Shown: positions 17,608 through 27,195 of the stretch, one piece after another | Position numbering within the stretch: position 1 is the first letter of the stretch | How the letters are laid out: every line of letters begins with the position of its first letter | IMG/VR virus record: IMGVR_UViG_3300033066_002303 | Location: 7,078-71,077 of that record | DNA: 64,000 nucleotides | Reading direction: 5' to 3' (one strand) | From: a virus | Taxonomy: Duplodnaviria; Caudoviricetes | Notes under the pieces: generated by a model | What the model was told of the DNA's origin: nothing | Database searches by the model: none | What the model saw: only the letters and a program-made list of their open reading frames with translations | Translations under genes and position numbers: made by a program

Positions 17608-20600
17608 ATGATTGATGTTTCGTATGCCCAGCAGCTGTTTCAATCGCTGCTGCAGAATACAGAGCCCAGTCCGGCACTGGATAAGTTCTTTCCGTGGGTG
17701 CCGCTGAACGATTACGGTATGCCGTTACCGGGCCCGAACTTTACAGCTACGGCTGTGCGAGCAGGCGATCCGGCACCTACGATTGAGGGGACTGGTGCCA
17801 AAAAGCACTGCCTGGCATTCGGCCCCCGGCTGCACTATCTGTATCGTCGCGCGCTGTATGACTCCAACTCCGTACTGACCGTGGACGTCAAAGGGGTGCC
17901 CAAGCCCACATCCATGGTGCCCGGGCACTTGTTGGGCGGAAATGCGTACGCCTGTAATGGCGGCCCGCGGCCGGCCAAGGTGATGCTGATCGGCAAGCAC
18001 CCCGGGATTGAAGAGTTGGCGCAGTCCAGCAACCTGGTCGGCCCGTCATCCGAAGAGCTGTGGAAGGCGATGGAAGCGATCGGGCTGTCGCCGGCGGACT
18101 ACAACGACTGGTACGCCACGAACCTGGTCAAGTGGCCGAACCTGGATCCGCATAGCGACGGGTTACCCAAGGCCTGGATAAACGATTGCCGCCCGTTGCT
18201 GGAGATGGAAATACGCATCTGCCAGCCGGACTATATCCTGTGCCTGGGTAGCGACTCTTCCAAAGCGTTGCTGGGTACCAGCTGCGGTGTCGAGGCCATG
18301 AATGGCCGTGTGATGCATTACTCCTATCCGTCGGAGCTGACGGAAGATGGCTGGACGATCAAGACCGCAAAAGTCATGACGTCCGTACACCCAGCATACG
18401 TCTCTCGTCGGCCGGAGCTGTTCGACTCATTCAAGGACCAGCTGGCCCTGTTTGTGCGCTTGGCTGGTGGCGGGGATGTGGGCGGCGAAGAGAAAGATGT
18501 CGTACGCCATTATGTTTATAGCGAGCGCCGGCTGGCGGCTCTGGTGGATGCTGCCCTGGCAGATCCCGAGCAGCAGTTTATGGCGTTTGACGGTGAGTGG
18601 CACGGTCAGCACCCGCAGGACGAGAACGCCTACTTGCGGACGATCCAGTTTTCAACGCAGCACAAGCAGGCCGTTACGGTCGTGCTGCGACATCAGGGTG
18701 GCGCGCCTGCGTTTATACCGAATATCGCTGCGGCGATCCGCCAGTTGAAACGGCTGACTACACCGGTGCCCGGCCAGTGGGAGCCGCGTGTGGGCGGTCA
18801 CTTCTTTCGGGCAGACTTGCCCTGGCTGCTGCATGAAGGGCTGGACCTGCGTGACCAGTATGCGCCACATCCTGATCCGGCGGTGCGTGATTGCGGTGGC
18901 TGGGATACATCACTGCTGTACCACGCCGTGAATGAGACAGCCAGCTTTAAGCTGGAAGATATCGCCATGCGGCTGACCAGTATGCCGCGGTACGATGTGC
19001 AATTGCAGCGCTGGAAGAAAATTGCCTGTAAAATCCTGGACGAAGAGGAAAAGACTCTCGAAGGGTACGGCATGGCGCCGGATGAAATCTTGCATCCTTA
19101 CAGTGCATCTGACGCCGACGCTACGAGACGGATTGCCAAGAAATTGCTGCAGGCTGATCCCGATACGGGCCAGCTGACTTTGAGAGATTCCTATGGCAAC
19201 GACTGCTGGTTGCCGTACTGGATCTCGCACAGCGCCAGCCTCGCATTTCTGGAAATGGAAATGACTGGCATTCTGGTGGACTTTGCCCGGGTAGACAGCC
19301 TGACTGCGCAGTTCATGCAGGTCTACGAGCAGCTGCTGGCCTGGTTCCGCAAACAGATCAACTGGGAGCAGTCGGCACCAGATGCGCCGGTGAAGCATTC
19401 CGGGTTTAACCCGAACAGTTCCGGGCACGCCAAGGCGTTCCTGTTCGGTGACAAGTTTGCGACGCGAAAGGATCCGGTAACAAAACTGCAGATCCCCATC
19501 CGGCCACCCACGGCCATGACGCTGGGGCTGACGCCGATCAAATCGACCGGACGCCGGCCCAAGTTGTGGGAAGTGCTGCAGCGGCGGGGCGAGTTATCCG
19601 GCGTGTCGCCGTCTACCGACAAGGAAACGCTGGGGATCCTGGGCCAGAAGCACCCCCTGGCTATGACGCTCCGCGACCTGAAATTCATCTCGCAGGTGCT
19701 GAAGAGCGTGCTGCGCCGGCCCAATATCAACAAGGAGACCGGAGAACCAGAAACAACGGAAGAGGGTTTCTGGGAGTACGATGACGGGTTGGTGGTTTAT
19801 GCCGGGCACGACGGGCGTGTGCGGACGCATATTTACCAGACCAAGGAAACAGGCCGCTGTTCCAGCGCGCGACCGGCGCTGCAGTGTATCAGCAAGCGCC
19901 GCGAGGATGACTATCGCCGCATCCTGGGCTATTACGACAAGAAGAAAAAGCAGGACGAGGGCACATACAAGCAGCTGTACCCGGCGCAGTACGCACACCC
20001 GTTGCGGTCTGTGTTGCGGGCCACGCCTGGCTATGTGCTTGTCGAGTGCGATTATACGGGCGCTGAGCTGGCGGTAATCGCCTGGTTGTCCGGCGACCAG
20101 AACATGATCGAACATGTCCGGCGTAACGCGTTGCCGGAAGATCATCCGGAGTTCTTCGATATTCACAGCCAGACTGCCGTCCGCGTATTTCACCTGGATT
20201 GCCCGCCGACCAAGAAAGGATTGAAAGACGCCGGGTTCTCCGGGATGCGTGTGGCGGCGAAAAATGTGAATTTCGGGGTGCCTTACGGTCGCGGAGCGGA
20301 GGCAATTGCGCGACAATGCCGTGAAGAGGGTGTTGACGTTACGCCGGAGCAGACGCAGGCGGTTATTAACTTCTACTTTGAGCAATATCCCGGTACTGCA
20401 AAATTCCTGCAGCAGTGCCGCGACGGGGTAGTGAATCCGGGCTGGCTGTCGACTGCGTTCGGCCGCTTGCGCCGGTTCACACGCAGCTACGACAAATCGG
20501 TGCTGGGCGAGCAAGAACGCTCGGCGATGAATGCACCGATTCAGGGTACTGTGGCTGACGCAGTGTATCGCGCGCTGGCCCATTTGCGTGCGTACCGCCA

Positions 20601-20877
20601 GGAGCGCCCAGCGCTTGATTATCGCTTGCTTTTACAGATCCATGACGCCATCCTGTTCGAGGTTCGCTGGGACTGCGTCAATGAGTTCGTGCGTGTGGCG
20701 GCGCCGGAATGCATGGTCCGCCGCGTACCAGTCTGGCCGCGTTATCTGGACGGGTCGTTTATGCCCGTGACGCAGCCGTATTTTTTCTCAATCGACAAAG
20801 AGATTTGTGTCAACTGGGGCGAGCCGATCACCGAGGCGGAAGCCGTGGCGATGGGTATCGATCCCGAACTTGTCTGA
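17608..20877 (+). CDS. polA: Family A DNA polymerase with N-terminal uracil-DNA-glycosylase-like domain and 3'-5' exonuclease
   Basis: UDG-like (MLIGKHPG, VGPS, TNLVK, PDYILCLG, HPAY); Exo (FDGE, ADL, YSASD); Pol motifs A DYTGAEL, B AKNVNFGVPYG, C QIHDA. Confidence 0.95.
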   Translation: MIDVSYAQQLFQSLLQNTEPSPALDKFFPWVPLNDYGMPLPGPNFTATAVRAGDPAPTIEGTGAKKHCLAFGPRLHYLYRRALYDSNSVLTVDVKGVPKPTSMVPGHLLGGNAYACNGGPRPAKVMLIGKHPGIEELAQSSNLVGPSSEELWKAMEAIGLSPADYNDWYATNLVKWPNLDPHSDGLPKAWINDCRPLLEMEIRICQPDYILCLGSDSSKALLGTSCGVEAMNGRVMHYSYPSELTEDGWTIKTAKVMTSVHPAYVSRRPELFDSFKDQLALFVRLAGGGDVGGEEKDVVRHYVYSERRLAALVDAALADPEQQFMAFDGEWHGQHPQDENAYLRTIQFSTQHKQAVTVVLRHQGGAPAFIPNIAAAIRQLKRLTTPVPGQWEPRVGGHFFRADLPWLLHEGLDLRDQYAPHPDPAVRDCGGWDTSLLYHAVNETASFKLEDIAMRLTSMPRYDVQLQRWKKIACKILDEEEKTLEGYGMAPDEILHPYSASDADATRRIAKKLLQADPDTGQLTLRDSYGNDCWLPYWISHSASLAFLEMEMTGILVDFARVDSLTAQFMQVYEQLLAWFRKQINWEQSAPDAPVKHSGFNPNSSGHAKAFLFGDKFATRKDPVTKLQIPIRPPTAMTLGLTPIKSTGRRPKLWEVLQRRGELSGVSPSTDKETLGILGQKHPLAMTLRDLKFISQVLKSVLRRPNINKETGEPETTEEGFWEYDDGLVVYAGHDGRVRTHIYQTKETGRCSSARPALQCISKRREDDYRRILGYYDKKKKQDEGTYKQLYPAQYAHPLRSVLRATPGYVLVECDYTGAELAVIAWLSGDQNMIEHVRRNALPEDHPEFFDIHSQTAVRVFHLDCPPTKKGLKDAGFSGMRVAAKNVNFGVPYGRGAEAIARQCREEGVDVTPEQTQAVINFYFEQYPGTAKFLQQCRDGVVNPGWLSTAFGRLRRFTRSYDKSVLGEQERSAMNAPIQGTVADAVYRALAHLRAYRQERPALDYRLLLQIHDAILFEVRWDCVNEFVRVAAPECMVRRVPVWPRYLDGSFMPVTQPYFFSIDKEICVNWGEPITEAEAVAMGIDPELV

Positions 20878-20886
20878 AAGGACGTA

Positions 20887-22713
20887 ATGTCTCGACTTTC
20901 TACCAACTACAGCATGGCCGATTACGGGCAATCCGGTTACACCGACGATCAGCAGAAAATCACTGTCACCGGGGTGCCGTTGCGAAAGCCCAACACCAAG
21001 GGCTTTATGGCCGTGCACCCCGTGACGGCACGCGTGGTGGATGCCGTGGGTTCGCCAGTCCTGGTGAACGGGCACCCGCAGTTTCACGGGTTCAAGGATG
21101 CCCGCGGCGAGGGCTACGGCGACTGGATTCGCCGGTACGACTGTGCCAACAGTGTCGGCATGTTGCAGGATCAGCGGATCTCGTTCATCTGCTACGACCC
21201 GGCCAGCCCGGGGCAGGATACAGCGATGCACCCGCTGACGCTGCTGTACAACACCTGCAAGACAGCTGTGGCGAACCGCACGGATACCGGCGGCTGGGCC
21301 GGACTGCTGGATGGCGCCAAAGGCCGCGGAGCGCAACTGACGCGACCGTCGCCGCGGTACTTCTTCCAGGGGATTATCGCGCAGAACGGCGAGCAGATTG
21401 AAAACCCGTGGCTCGGTTTGCAGCCCGGGTCGCCGCTGCCGATTATCAGCATGTCGCCGACAGCGTTCCAGGCGATGAACGCAGTGTTGTTCCCGAGCGA
21501 CCAGGCCCGCATGGCGGCCCAGGCCAATCCGCAATCGCAGGAAGCGGCGAATCTGCAGTATCTGAAAGCGGACCCGCTGAGCCTGACGAACGGGAACTGG
21601 TTGCAGATTCGGTTCATCGAAGGCAGCAGCGGCGATAAGCAGCAGCAGTTCGGTGTGGCTTCGGCAGCCCTGATGCCGCAGCAGCCGGTGAGCGACCGGG
21701 ACAAGCGGAGCCGCTTCGAGTGCTCGCTGTTCCCGGACAGCGTTGTTCCGGCGTTTACTCCGGACGTGGCTGCGGATATCTCGAGTCGTGCGCGCAACCT
21801 GTCCGAGGTGCTGCACCTGATGACCTATGAAGAGCAGGCGCAGCTGCTGGCCAAGCGCTTCCCGCCAGACTTGGTGCTGCGGGCGTATGAGATGTTCCCG
21901 CAGTGGGTCCCGCAGGACGTCCGGGATGCCGCGGCATCCCGGACAGTCTGGGGTGGTTTTGGTGCGCAGCCAGCGGCGCCGTTTGGTCAGCCGCCGTTTA
22001 ACGCTGGCGGCATGCCCGGAATTCCTCCGGCGGCCTTTGGTCAACAGCCTGTTGCACCCTTTGGCCAGCCGCCTGCGGCGCCCTTCGGGCAGCCGGGCAT
22101 GACTCCGCAAGGGTTCGGTTACCCGGCGACTCCGCCGGCACACAACTTCGGGCAGCAGCCCGTGCCACCCCAGCAGCCTGTGCAGGGTTTCCCCCAGCAG
22201 CCTGCGCCGCAGGGGTTCCCGCAGCATAACCCAGCCGCTCCGCAAGGGCTGGTGCCGCAAGGGTTCGGCCAGCCGCAGCAGCCCGCGCCGCAAGGCTTTG
22301 GGCAGCAGCCTGCTCCGCAGGGTTTTGCGCAGCAACCTGCGCCGACGTTTCCGTCAGTTGGTGTGCCTGGGCTGGCACCGCAGGGTTTCGGTCAGCCGCA
22401 GCCACCGGCGGGTGGTCAGCAGTTCGGGCAGCCGATGAACGGGCTGTCTGCTGCCGGCCATCAGGTTACGCAGCACGTGACCCCTGACGTGACTACCAAT
22501 GCGTTGCCGACACAGGCGTTCCAGTTGCCGGCCGGTCTCGTGCCGACACCGGTGCCCGGTGTGCCGCAACAACAGCCTACGCAGTCACTGGCGCCCGGCG
22601 CGGCGTTTGCCGCCAACCCGGCGGCTGGCCCGGCTGACGGTACTCGCGGCGGTGCTGTGAACAGCATGCTGGCTGCCGCTTTCCAGGCAGCTGGCGGCGG
22701 ACAGGGCAGCTGA
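20887..22713 (+). CDS. Putative ssDNA-binding protein with long Q/P/G/F low-complexity tail
   Basis: Position between polymerase and recA (the usual SSB slot); about 350-aa globular N-terminus plus repeat tail. The SSB call is by synteny only. Confidence 0.55.
   Translation: MSRLSTNYSMADYGQSGYTDDQQKITVTGVPLRKPNTKGFMAVHPVTARVVDAVGSPVLVNGHPQFHGFKDARGEGYGDWIRRYDCANSVGMLQDQRISFICYDPASPGQDTAMHPLTLLYNTCKTAVANRTDTGGWAGLLDGAKGRGAQLTRPSPRYFFQGIIAQNGEQIENPWLGLQPGSPLPIISMSPTAFQAMNAVLFPSDQARMAAQANPQSQEAANLQYLKADPLSLTNGNWLQIRFIEGSSGDKQQQFGVASAALMPQQPVSDRDKRSRFECSLFPDSVVPAFTPDVAADISSRARNLSEVLHLMTYEEQAQLLAKRFPPDLVLRAYEMFPQWVPQDVRDAAASRTVWGGFGAQPAAPFGQPPFNAGGMPGIPPAAFGQQPVAPFGQPPAAPFGQPGMTPQGFGYPATPPAHNFGQQPVPPQQPVQGFPQQPAPQGFPQHNPAAPQGLVPQGFGQPQQPAPQGFGQQPAPQGFAQQPAPTFPSVGVPGLAPQGFGQPQPPAGGQQFGQPMNGLSAAGHQVTQHVTPDVTTNALPTQAFQLPAGLVPTPVPGVPQQQPTQSLAPGAAFAANPAAGPADGTRGGAVNSMLAAAFQAAGGGQGS
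21949..22440 (+). repeat. Coding tandem degenerate repeats (PQGFGQQP-like; 11 FG dipeptides)
   Basis: Counted directly from the translation. Confidence 0.85.
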
Positions 22714-22732
22714 TTGCTTGTCGTGTTTCTGG

Positions 22733-22760
22733 GTGCTGCGGTTGATATCAACCGCAGCAC
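22733..22760. repeat. Dispersed palindrome, copy 4, extended to a 28-bp perfect palindrome
   Basis: GTGCTGC-GGTTGATATCAACC-GCAGCAC between the SSB-like gene and recA. Confidence 0.95.
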
Positions 22761-22784
22761 TGACTTTTCTACGGTGGACGTGTT

Positions 22785-24215
22785 ATGGCGCGTAAGAAAA
22801 AGGCACCGTCGCAGCCAGTTGAGGCTCCGAGTTTTGCGGACTTCAGCGACATCGACGCGGCATTTGACGAAGCAATGCAGGGGGCGGCGCAGAAGGCCGG
22901 CCCTGGGTTGTATTTTACGTCACCCCATGTCGTGAATGTCGGGATCCCGCTGCCGGCGATCTGCCTGCGGTATCTGCTGAAGTCTACCGTCTTTCCGATT
23001 GGCCGGTTCTCGCAGCTGGCCGGGGAAGAGGGTGCGGGCAAATCGATGTTCCTGACGGAAATCATCCGTTGGGTGTTGCATCGGGGCGGGCGGGGCCTGT
23101 TAGCTGAAAACGAATACAAGGAATACCCGCAACTGCGGAACAGCATCTTCTGGTGGGACAGCTCGCTGATTGACCGCCTGAAGGTGACGCAGACTACGAA
23201 CGTACAGGAATGGCAGGGCGCGTTTACGCACGCCATGACGCATGTCAGGAAGCTGATGGACCAGCACGGAAAGACATTTCCGTTTATCCTGGCGCTGGAC
23301 TCGCTGAACGGCACGTTGACGCAGGACGAGCTGCTGGCAATTCAGACCGAGGGCTATGCGTCGAAAAGCTATCCCGCCGGCGCGCAGATTATTACGCGTT
23401 ACATCCGGTCACTGGGACACCAGTTTCGCGGGTACCCGTTTTTGATGGTGGCTACAAACCATCTTCGGCAGCAGATGCCGCAGCCGGGTGTCTACTCTCC
23501 GGGCGGACCACAGTGGCAGTCCGGCGGCGGCAAGTCAGCCAAGTACAACGAAACGTACGAGATCTGGCTGAAGAAGATCAAGGACATCAAGCTGCGGACG
23601 CACGAGGGTTTGCGTGTGCATTTCAAAGTGCACAAGAGCTCGTTTGGCCCGTCGCGAGACGAAATTACTGCTGAGGTGCTGTGGTGGAATGAGACACCAG
23701 CCGACGGCGGTCCGCCGCTACAGCGTACGCTGTGGGACTGGGATACTGCGACGATCGAGATGATTCTGGGCTTTGCCAATCCGGACGGCAAGAAAACGCT
23801 GTACGCAGAGCTGCTGGATCTGCTCAAGCTGGAGAATATTGACTCCAGTGCCCGCAAGGCGACCAGCCGCCTGATTATGGGTACGAAGGAGAAGTGCGAA
23901 TTCCGCCAGATTGCGCGGCAACTGGAGCAGACGCCCCAGCTGCGTGACGAGGTGCACCGTATACTCGATATCCGCACGGATGTGGAGCTGCAGGTGAACC
24001 AGGACTATGGCATCTATTTGCAAGAGGCTATGCAGCGCACGGTGCAGGAGCAATCTGCGGCCATGGCGCAGGCGCAGGCCGCGGCGTTGCAATCGCCGTA
24101 TCGAGAAACGCAAACCTTCGTGGGGGCGACACAGATTGAACAGCCCCACGACGCAGCCGGGCAGCCGGAGATTTCTGGTGCCACTGCGCCCGAGGAAACT
24201 GACGAGGTGCTGTAA
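22785..24215 (+). CDS. recA: RecA/UvsX-like recombinase
   Basis: Walker A GEEGAGKS, Walker B ILALDSL, ATNHL, GGKS.KY, VHKSSFGP. Confidence 0.85.
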   Translation: MARKKKAPSQPVEAPSFADFSDIDAAFDEAMQGAAQKAGPGLYFTSPHVVNVGIPLPAICLRYLLKSTVFPIGRFSQLAGEEGAGKSMFLTEIIRWVLHRGGRGLLAENEYKEYPQLRNSIFWWDSSLIDRLKVTQTTNVQEWQGAFTHAMTHVRKLMDQHGKTFPFILALDSLNGTLTQDELLAIQTEGYASKSYPAGAQIITRYIRSLGHQFRGYPFLMVATNHLRQQMPQPGVYSPGGPQWQSGGGKSAKYNETYEIWLKKIKDIKLRTHEGLRVHFKVHKSSFGPSRDEITAEVLWWNETPADGGPPLQRTLWDWDTATIEMILGFANPDGKKTLYAELLDLLKLENIDSSARKATSRLIMGTKEKCEFRQIARQLEQTPQLRDEVHRILDIRTDVELQVNQDYGIYLQEAMQRTVQEQSAAMAQAQAAALQSPYRETQTFVGATQIEQPHDAAGQPEISGATAPEETDEVL

Positions 24216-24799
24216 TGGATGACATTGACGCTGCGTTTCATAGTGGCTTCGGACAGACTGAGGCGGCCCGTGACGAGGCCACCGAACAATCGTTTGTCTG
24301 CCAGCTGCTGGCTGAGGCGCGGCTGACACCGGCCCAGGTGCGGCAGCGGGCCCGTAACGACGGAGAGGATGCTCCGTCGTTACAGTGGTTTGCGCGCAAC
24401 TACCCGAACTTCCCGGTCCGGCTGGCTACTTGCCGCATTCCGCATCTGGCGCAAACGCCTGCGGCCGCGCTGTTCGTGAAGGACTTTTTGAAGCATCCTG
24501 TCATGACAGCGCTGACTACGGCGGCTGATGCCGCAGATGTGGACGTGACTGAAGAGCGGTTCGGAATCCTGTTCCGCTGGCCGGGCGTTGGTCCTATGAT
24601 CCTGCACGTGCTGCCAGAGAGCAGCTACTTTCATCTGGCTGCGCCGACTGCCAGTCATGACGACCTGGGGCAAAGCCGCCTGGTGCGTGTGACGGCTGTA
24701 AAGCGCGAGCGGGTGTGCCTGGTCCTGGAGCGCCTGGCACTGTTTCTGGCGAGTCTGCGCAAAGACTCAAACGACATGGCGGAGTGGTGCCGACAGTAG
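24215..24799 (+). CDS. Hypothetical protein
   Basis: TAATG overlap with recA. Confidence 0.65.
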   Translation: MDDIDAAFHSGFGQTEAARDEATEQSFVCQLLAEARLTPAQVRQRARNDGEDAPSLQWFARNYPNFPVRLATCRIPHLAQTPAAALFVKDFLKHPVMTALTTAADAADVDVTEERFGILFRWPGVGPMILHVLPESSYFHLAAPTASHDDLGQSRLVRVTAVKRERVCLVLERLALFLASLRKDSNDMAEWCRQ

Positions 24800-24808
24800 G
24801 CTACCGTT

Positions 24809-25969
24809 ATGGTTGATACCGTTGTTCAGCCGCTGTTCGTTTTTCCTGAACTGCAGCGCTACGCTGTTAAGCAGCGCGGTGATTTTGAAACCGCGCTGCG
24901 AAAGCAGGCTGTCTCCGGCTCGCGGGTCCAACTCTCAGACCCGCGAGACCTGGAGCTGCAACCGAACGGCGTTACGCGGCGCTGGTCATTTCGCTTTACG
25001 TGGCCCGCCTTCGTAAAGGTCAGCTCCTTGTTGTGCCGCGGACTGGCGGCCACTGTGGCGGACCTGGCCGGGATCCGGTTGATATCAACCAACAAAACAA
25101 CGCAGGCGCCGCTGTTCGACGCCACAGAAGCGGTGACCGTATTCAACCGCGCGTTGTATTTGCGGTTCGATCAGATCGCTACGAATAACGTGCTGCTAGA
25201 CCGCCACCAGCGCGTCATCGACGGTATCTTTTCACCGCAACACCAGTTGCTTACGAACTGGTCTTCCTATAACCTACTCGCAGAACGCTTGCAGCATGCG
25301 GATGCGCAGTGCGCGTTCTACGCCGGCCGGATGCAGGGTCGGCGTATGCAGGTCTGGTTTCGCGACACACAGCCACTGTTCTCGTTTCCGTATAACGGTA
25401 CGAACTGGCAAGCGTGGTACGGCTACTTTATGGCCAACGCCGAGACCGCCAATGGCGCTGTCGGCGTGGAGCCGGTGTTGTACACACCTGCCGGTGTGTG
25501 TCGTCTACCAATACCCGGGCTGGGTGTTACCCGCGTCCGCCACGCCGGCCGCAAGTTTCAGCAGTCGCTGGACAGCATGCTGGAGTCTGCTGTTGCGTGG
25601 GGGCGTGATGTGACTGGCTGGCGCGAGCGGATGTTTGCACTATCGCAACAGCCGCTGTGCTCGGCTGATTACGTGTTCGATCGAAGTGCGATGACGCGAG
25701 ATACAGACTGGCTGCGGTCGGCGATGAAGGTTCCAGCTGTTGTCGCCAGGGCAGCTATTTCGCGTGCAGTGGTGCGTCGGGACGTCAAGGACGGCGGCTT
25801 AGACTTGTCTGAAATGGGGTCAGTGACGCCTCACGGACGTACTCGGTTGGATTTTTACTGCGGGTTGTGCGAGACAGCCCGGCGCTGCGCTCCGACACAC
25901 CGCGCGCGGCTGGAGAACTTTGCTGGAAAAATCCTGTTGGCGGAAACCTGGCCGCCACTGTTTTCATGA
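24809..25969 (+). CDS. Hypothetical protein, weakly DUF932-like
   Basis: Intact 386-aa ORF in the operon; the DUF932 resemblance is tentative. Confidence 0.6.
   Translation: MVDTVVQPLFVFPELQRYAVKQRGDFETALRKQAVSGSRVQLSDPRDLELQPNGVTRRWSFRFTWPAFVKVSSLLCRGLAATVADLAGIRLISTNKTTQAPLFDATEAVTVFNRALYLRFDQIATNNVLLDRHQRVIDGIFSPQHQLLTNWSSYNLLAERLQHADAQCAFYAGRMQGRRMQVWFRDTQPLFSFPYNGTNWQAWYGYFMANAETANGAVGVEPVLYTPAGVCRLPIPGLGVTRVRHAGRKFQQSLDSMLESAVAWGRDVTGWRERMFALSQQPLCSADYVFDRSAMTRDTDWLRSAMKVPAVVARAAISRAVVRRDVKDGGLDLSEMGSVTPHGRTRLDFYCGLCETARRCAPTHRARLENFAGKILLAETWPPLFS
25077..25090. repeat. Dispersed palindrome, copy 5 (intragenic)
   Basis: Exact match; read as CGG TTG ATA TCA ACC (RLIST). Confidence 0.95.
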
Positions 25970-25976
25970 GGATCTT

Positions 25977-26810
25977 ATGCCCAAGACCGGCAATATTACA
26001 CGAGACCGCCGGAACGCCACGGCGGCGCAACTGGAAGCGGTGGAAAAGGCTCTGGAGCATTTATCGCCCGCCGCGCGGGCCTTGTTCGCAGAGCTGGACA
26101 CGGCCGGGTCGTCGGCCCGCGAGCAGGACGTGTTGTACTTTCACAAGCAGGGCGAAATCTTTCGCACGGTGATGGAAGACAAGAACACGTATACCGACAG
26201 CGACGCCGGGTATTTGCGGGCTGCGCTGCAGCTGCCCCGGCGACAGGTGACCAGCGCGCTGGATTTTGCAAATCAGTACACGGCCAAAGAAGTGCGTGTG
26301 CTGGTTGCGCGGGTGAATCCTACGACACGCCGCGGGCTGACTGCCTCGCATATTCAGTACATGCTGTCGGTACCGAAGGACCGGCATGAAGCGCTGATTG
26401 CGCATGCGCTGGAACACAGCCTGACGGCGCGTGATTTCCACAAGTATATCAAAGTGAAAATGCAGCGCGCTGCCGGCCACGGCCGCAAGCCCACGTTGCC
26501 GGAGGCGCTGGACAAGCAAGTACAGCAGCTGAACGACGGCATGGAGCTCTTCTTGCGGCGTCAGCAGGGGCTGTGGAATGCTGAGCGCGGGTCTATCTTC
26601 GCCAATATTCAGATGGCGCCGAAAGAGCGGCTGACCGGTGTGCGGGAAGCGCTGGAGCATTGCCAGCTGCTGACACGGTCTATGCTGGACGAACTTTCCC
26701 GGAATATGACCGATGCTGCGCTGGCTTTGGCGCACGTGGCGTTACTGGAAGCGAACACAGCGCCGCTGACTGCAGCGGCCCATCGGCGTAAGGGGGCAGC
26801 GAGCAGCTGA
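25977..26810 (+). CDS. Helical DNA-binding protein, DUF1016-N/ParB-DBD-like
   Basis: YFHKQGEIF...TY...LRAALQL...ALDFANQY and LTASHIQYMLSV...HALEHSLTARDFHKYIK resemble DUF1016_N (YW.IG..I...LSWSH..LL.v...wS.R.L...I). Confidence 0.5.
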   Translation: MPKTGNITRDRRNATAAQLEAVEKALEHLSPAARALFAELDTAGSSAREQDVLYFHKQGEIFRTVMEDKNTYTDSDAGYLRAALQLPRRQVTSALDFANQYTAKEVRVLVARVNPTTRRGLTASHIQYMLSVPKDRHEALIAHALEHSLTARDFHKYIKVKMQRAAGHGRKPTLPEALDKQVQQLNDGMELFLRRQQGLWNAERGSIFANIQMAPKERLTGVREALEHCQLLTRSMLDELSRNMTDAALALAHVALLEANTAPLTAAAHRRKGAASS

Positions 26811-26812
26811 CT

Positions 26813-27187
26813 ATGGCAACTTTTGCTGTGCGATATATTGAGCTGCCAGCCAGTGCTGACAACGAGCGGCCGAGTGTGCTGGTCAAACGCCGCCCTGGCC
26901 TGCGTACCTACGTGTTTGCGTTGCGCAAAGTGGCAGACGGCAACGCGTTTGAGTGGCGCCTGGACGCGGATAGTGAGAGCGTGGCGGCTTTACTGATTCC
27001 GTTCCAGGTCCCGAATGATCCTCCCGCTGTTCTGGGTTTTGGCGCCCAGCTGGTCCAGCAGCTTCTGGCATCATTGCCGGCGGGAATTGCCGCGCGCGCA
27101 ACTGGCGAGCTTGTTGTTTGTTCGCCCGCGCTGGAACTAGACGCGGAACTGTTGCGCGTTTACGCGGCTGCGTATATTTTCGTGTAG
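26813..27187 (+). CDS. Hypothetical protein
   Basis: Coupled ORF. Confidence 0.6.
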   Translation: MATFAVRYIELPASADNERPSVLVKRRPGLRTYVFALRKVADGNAFEWRLDADSESVAALLIPFQVPNDPPAVLGFGAQLVQQLLASLPAGIAARATGELVVCSPALELDAELLRVYAAAYIFV

Positions 27188-27195
27188 AGGTAGGC

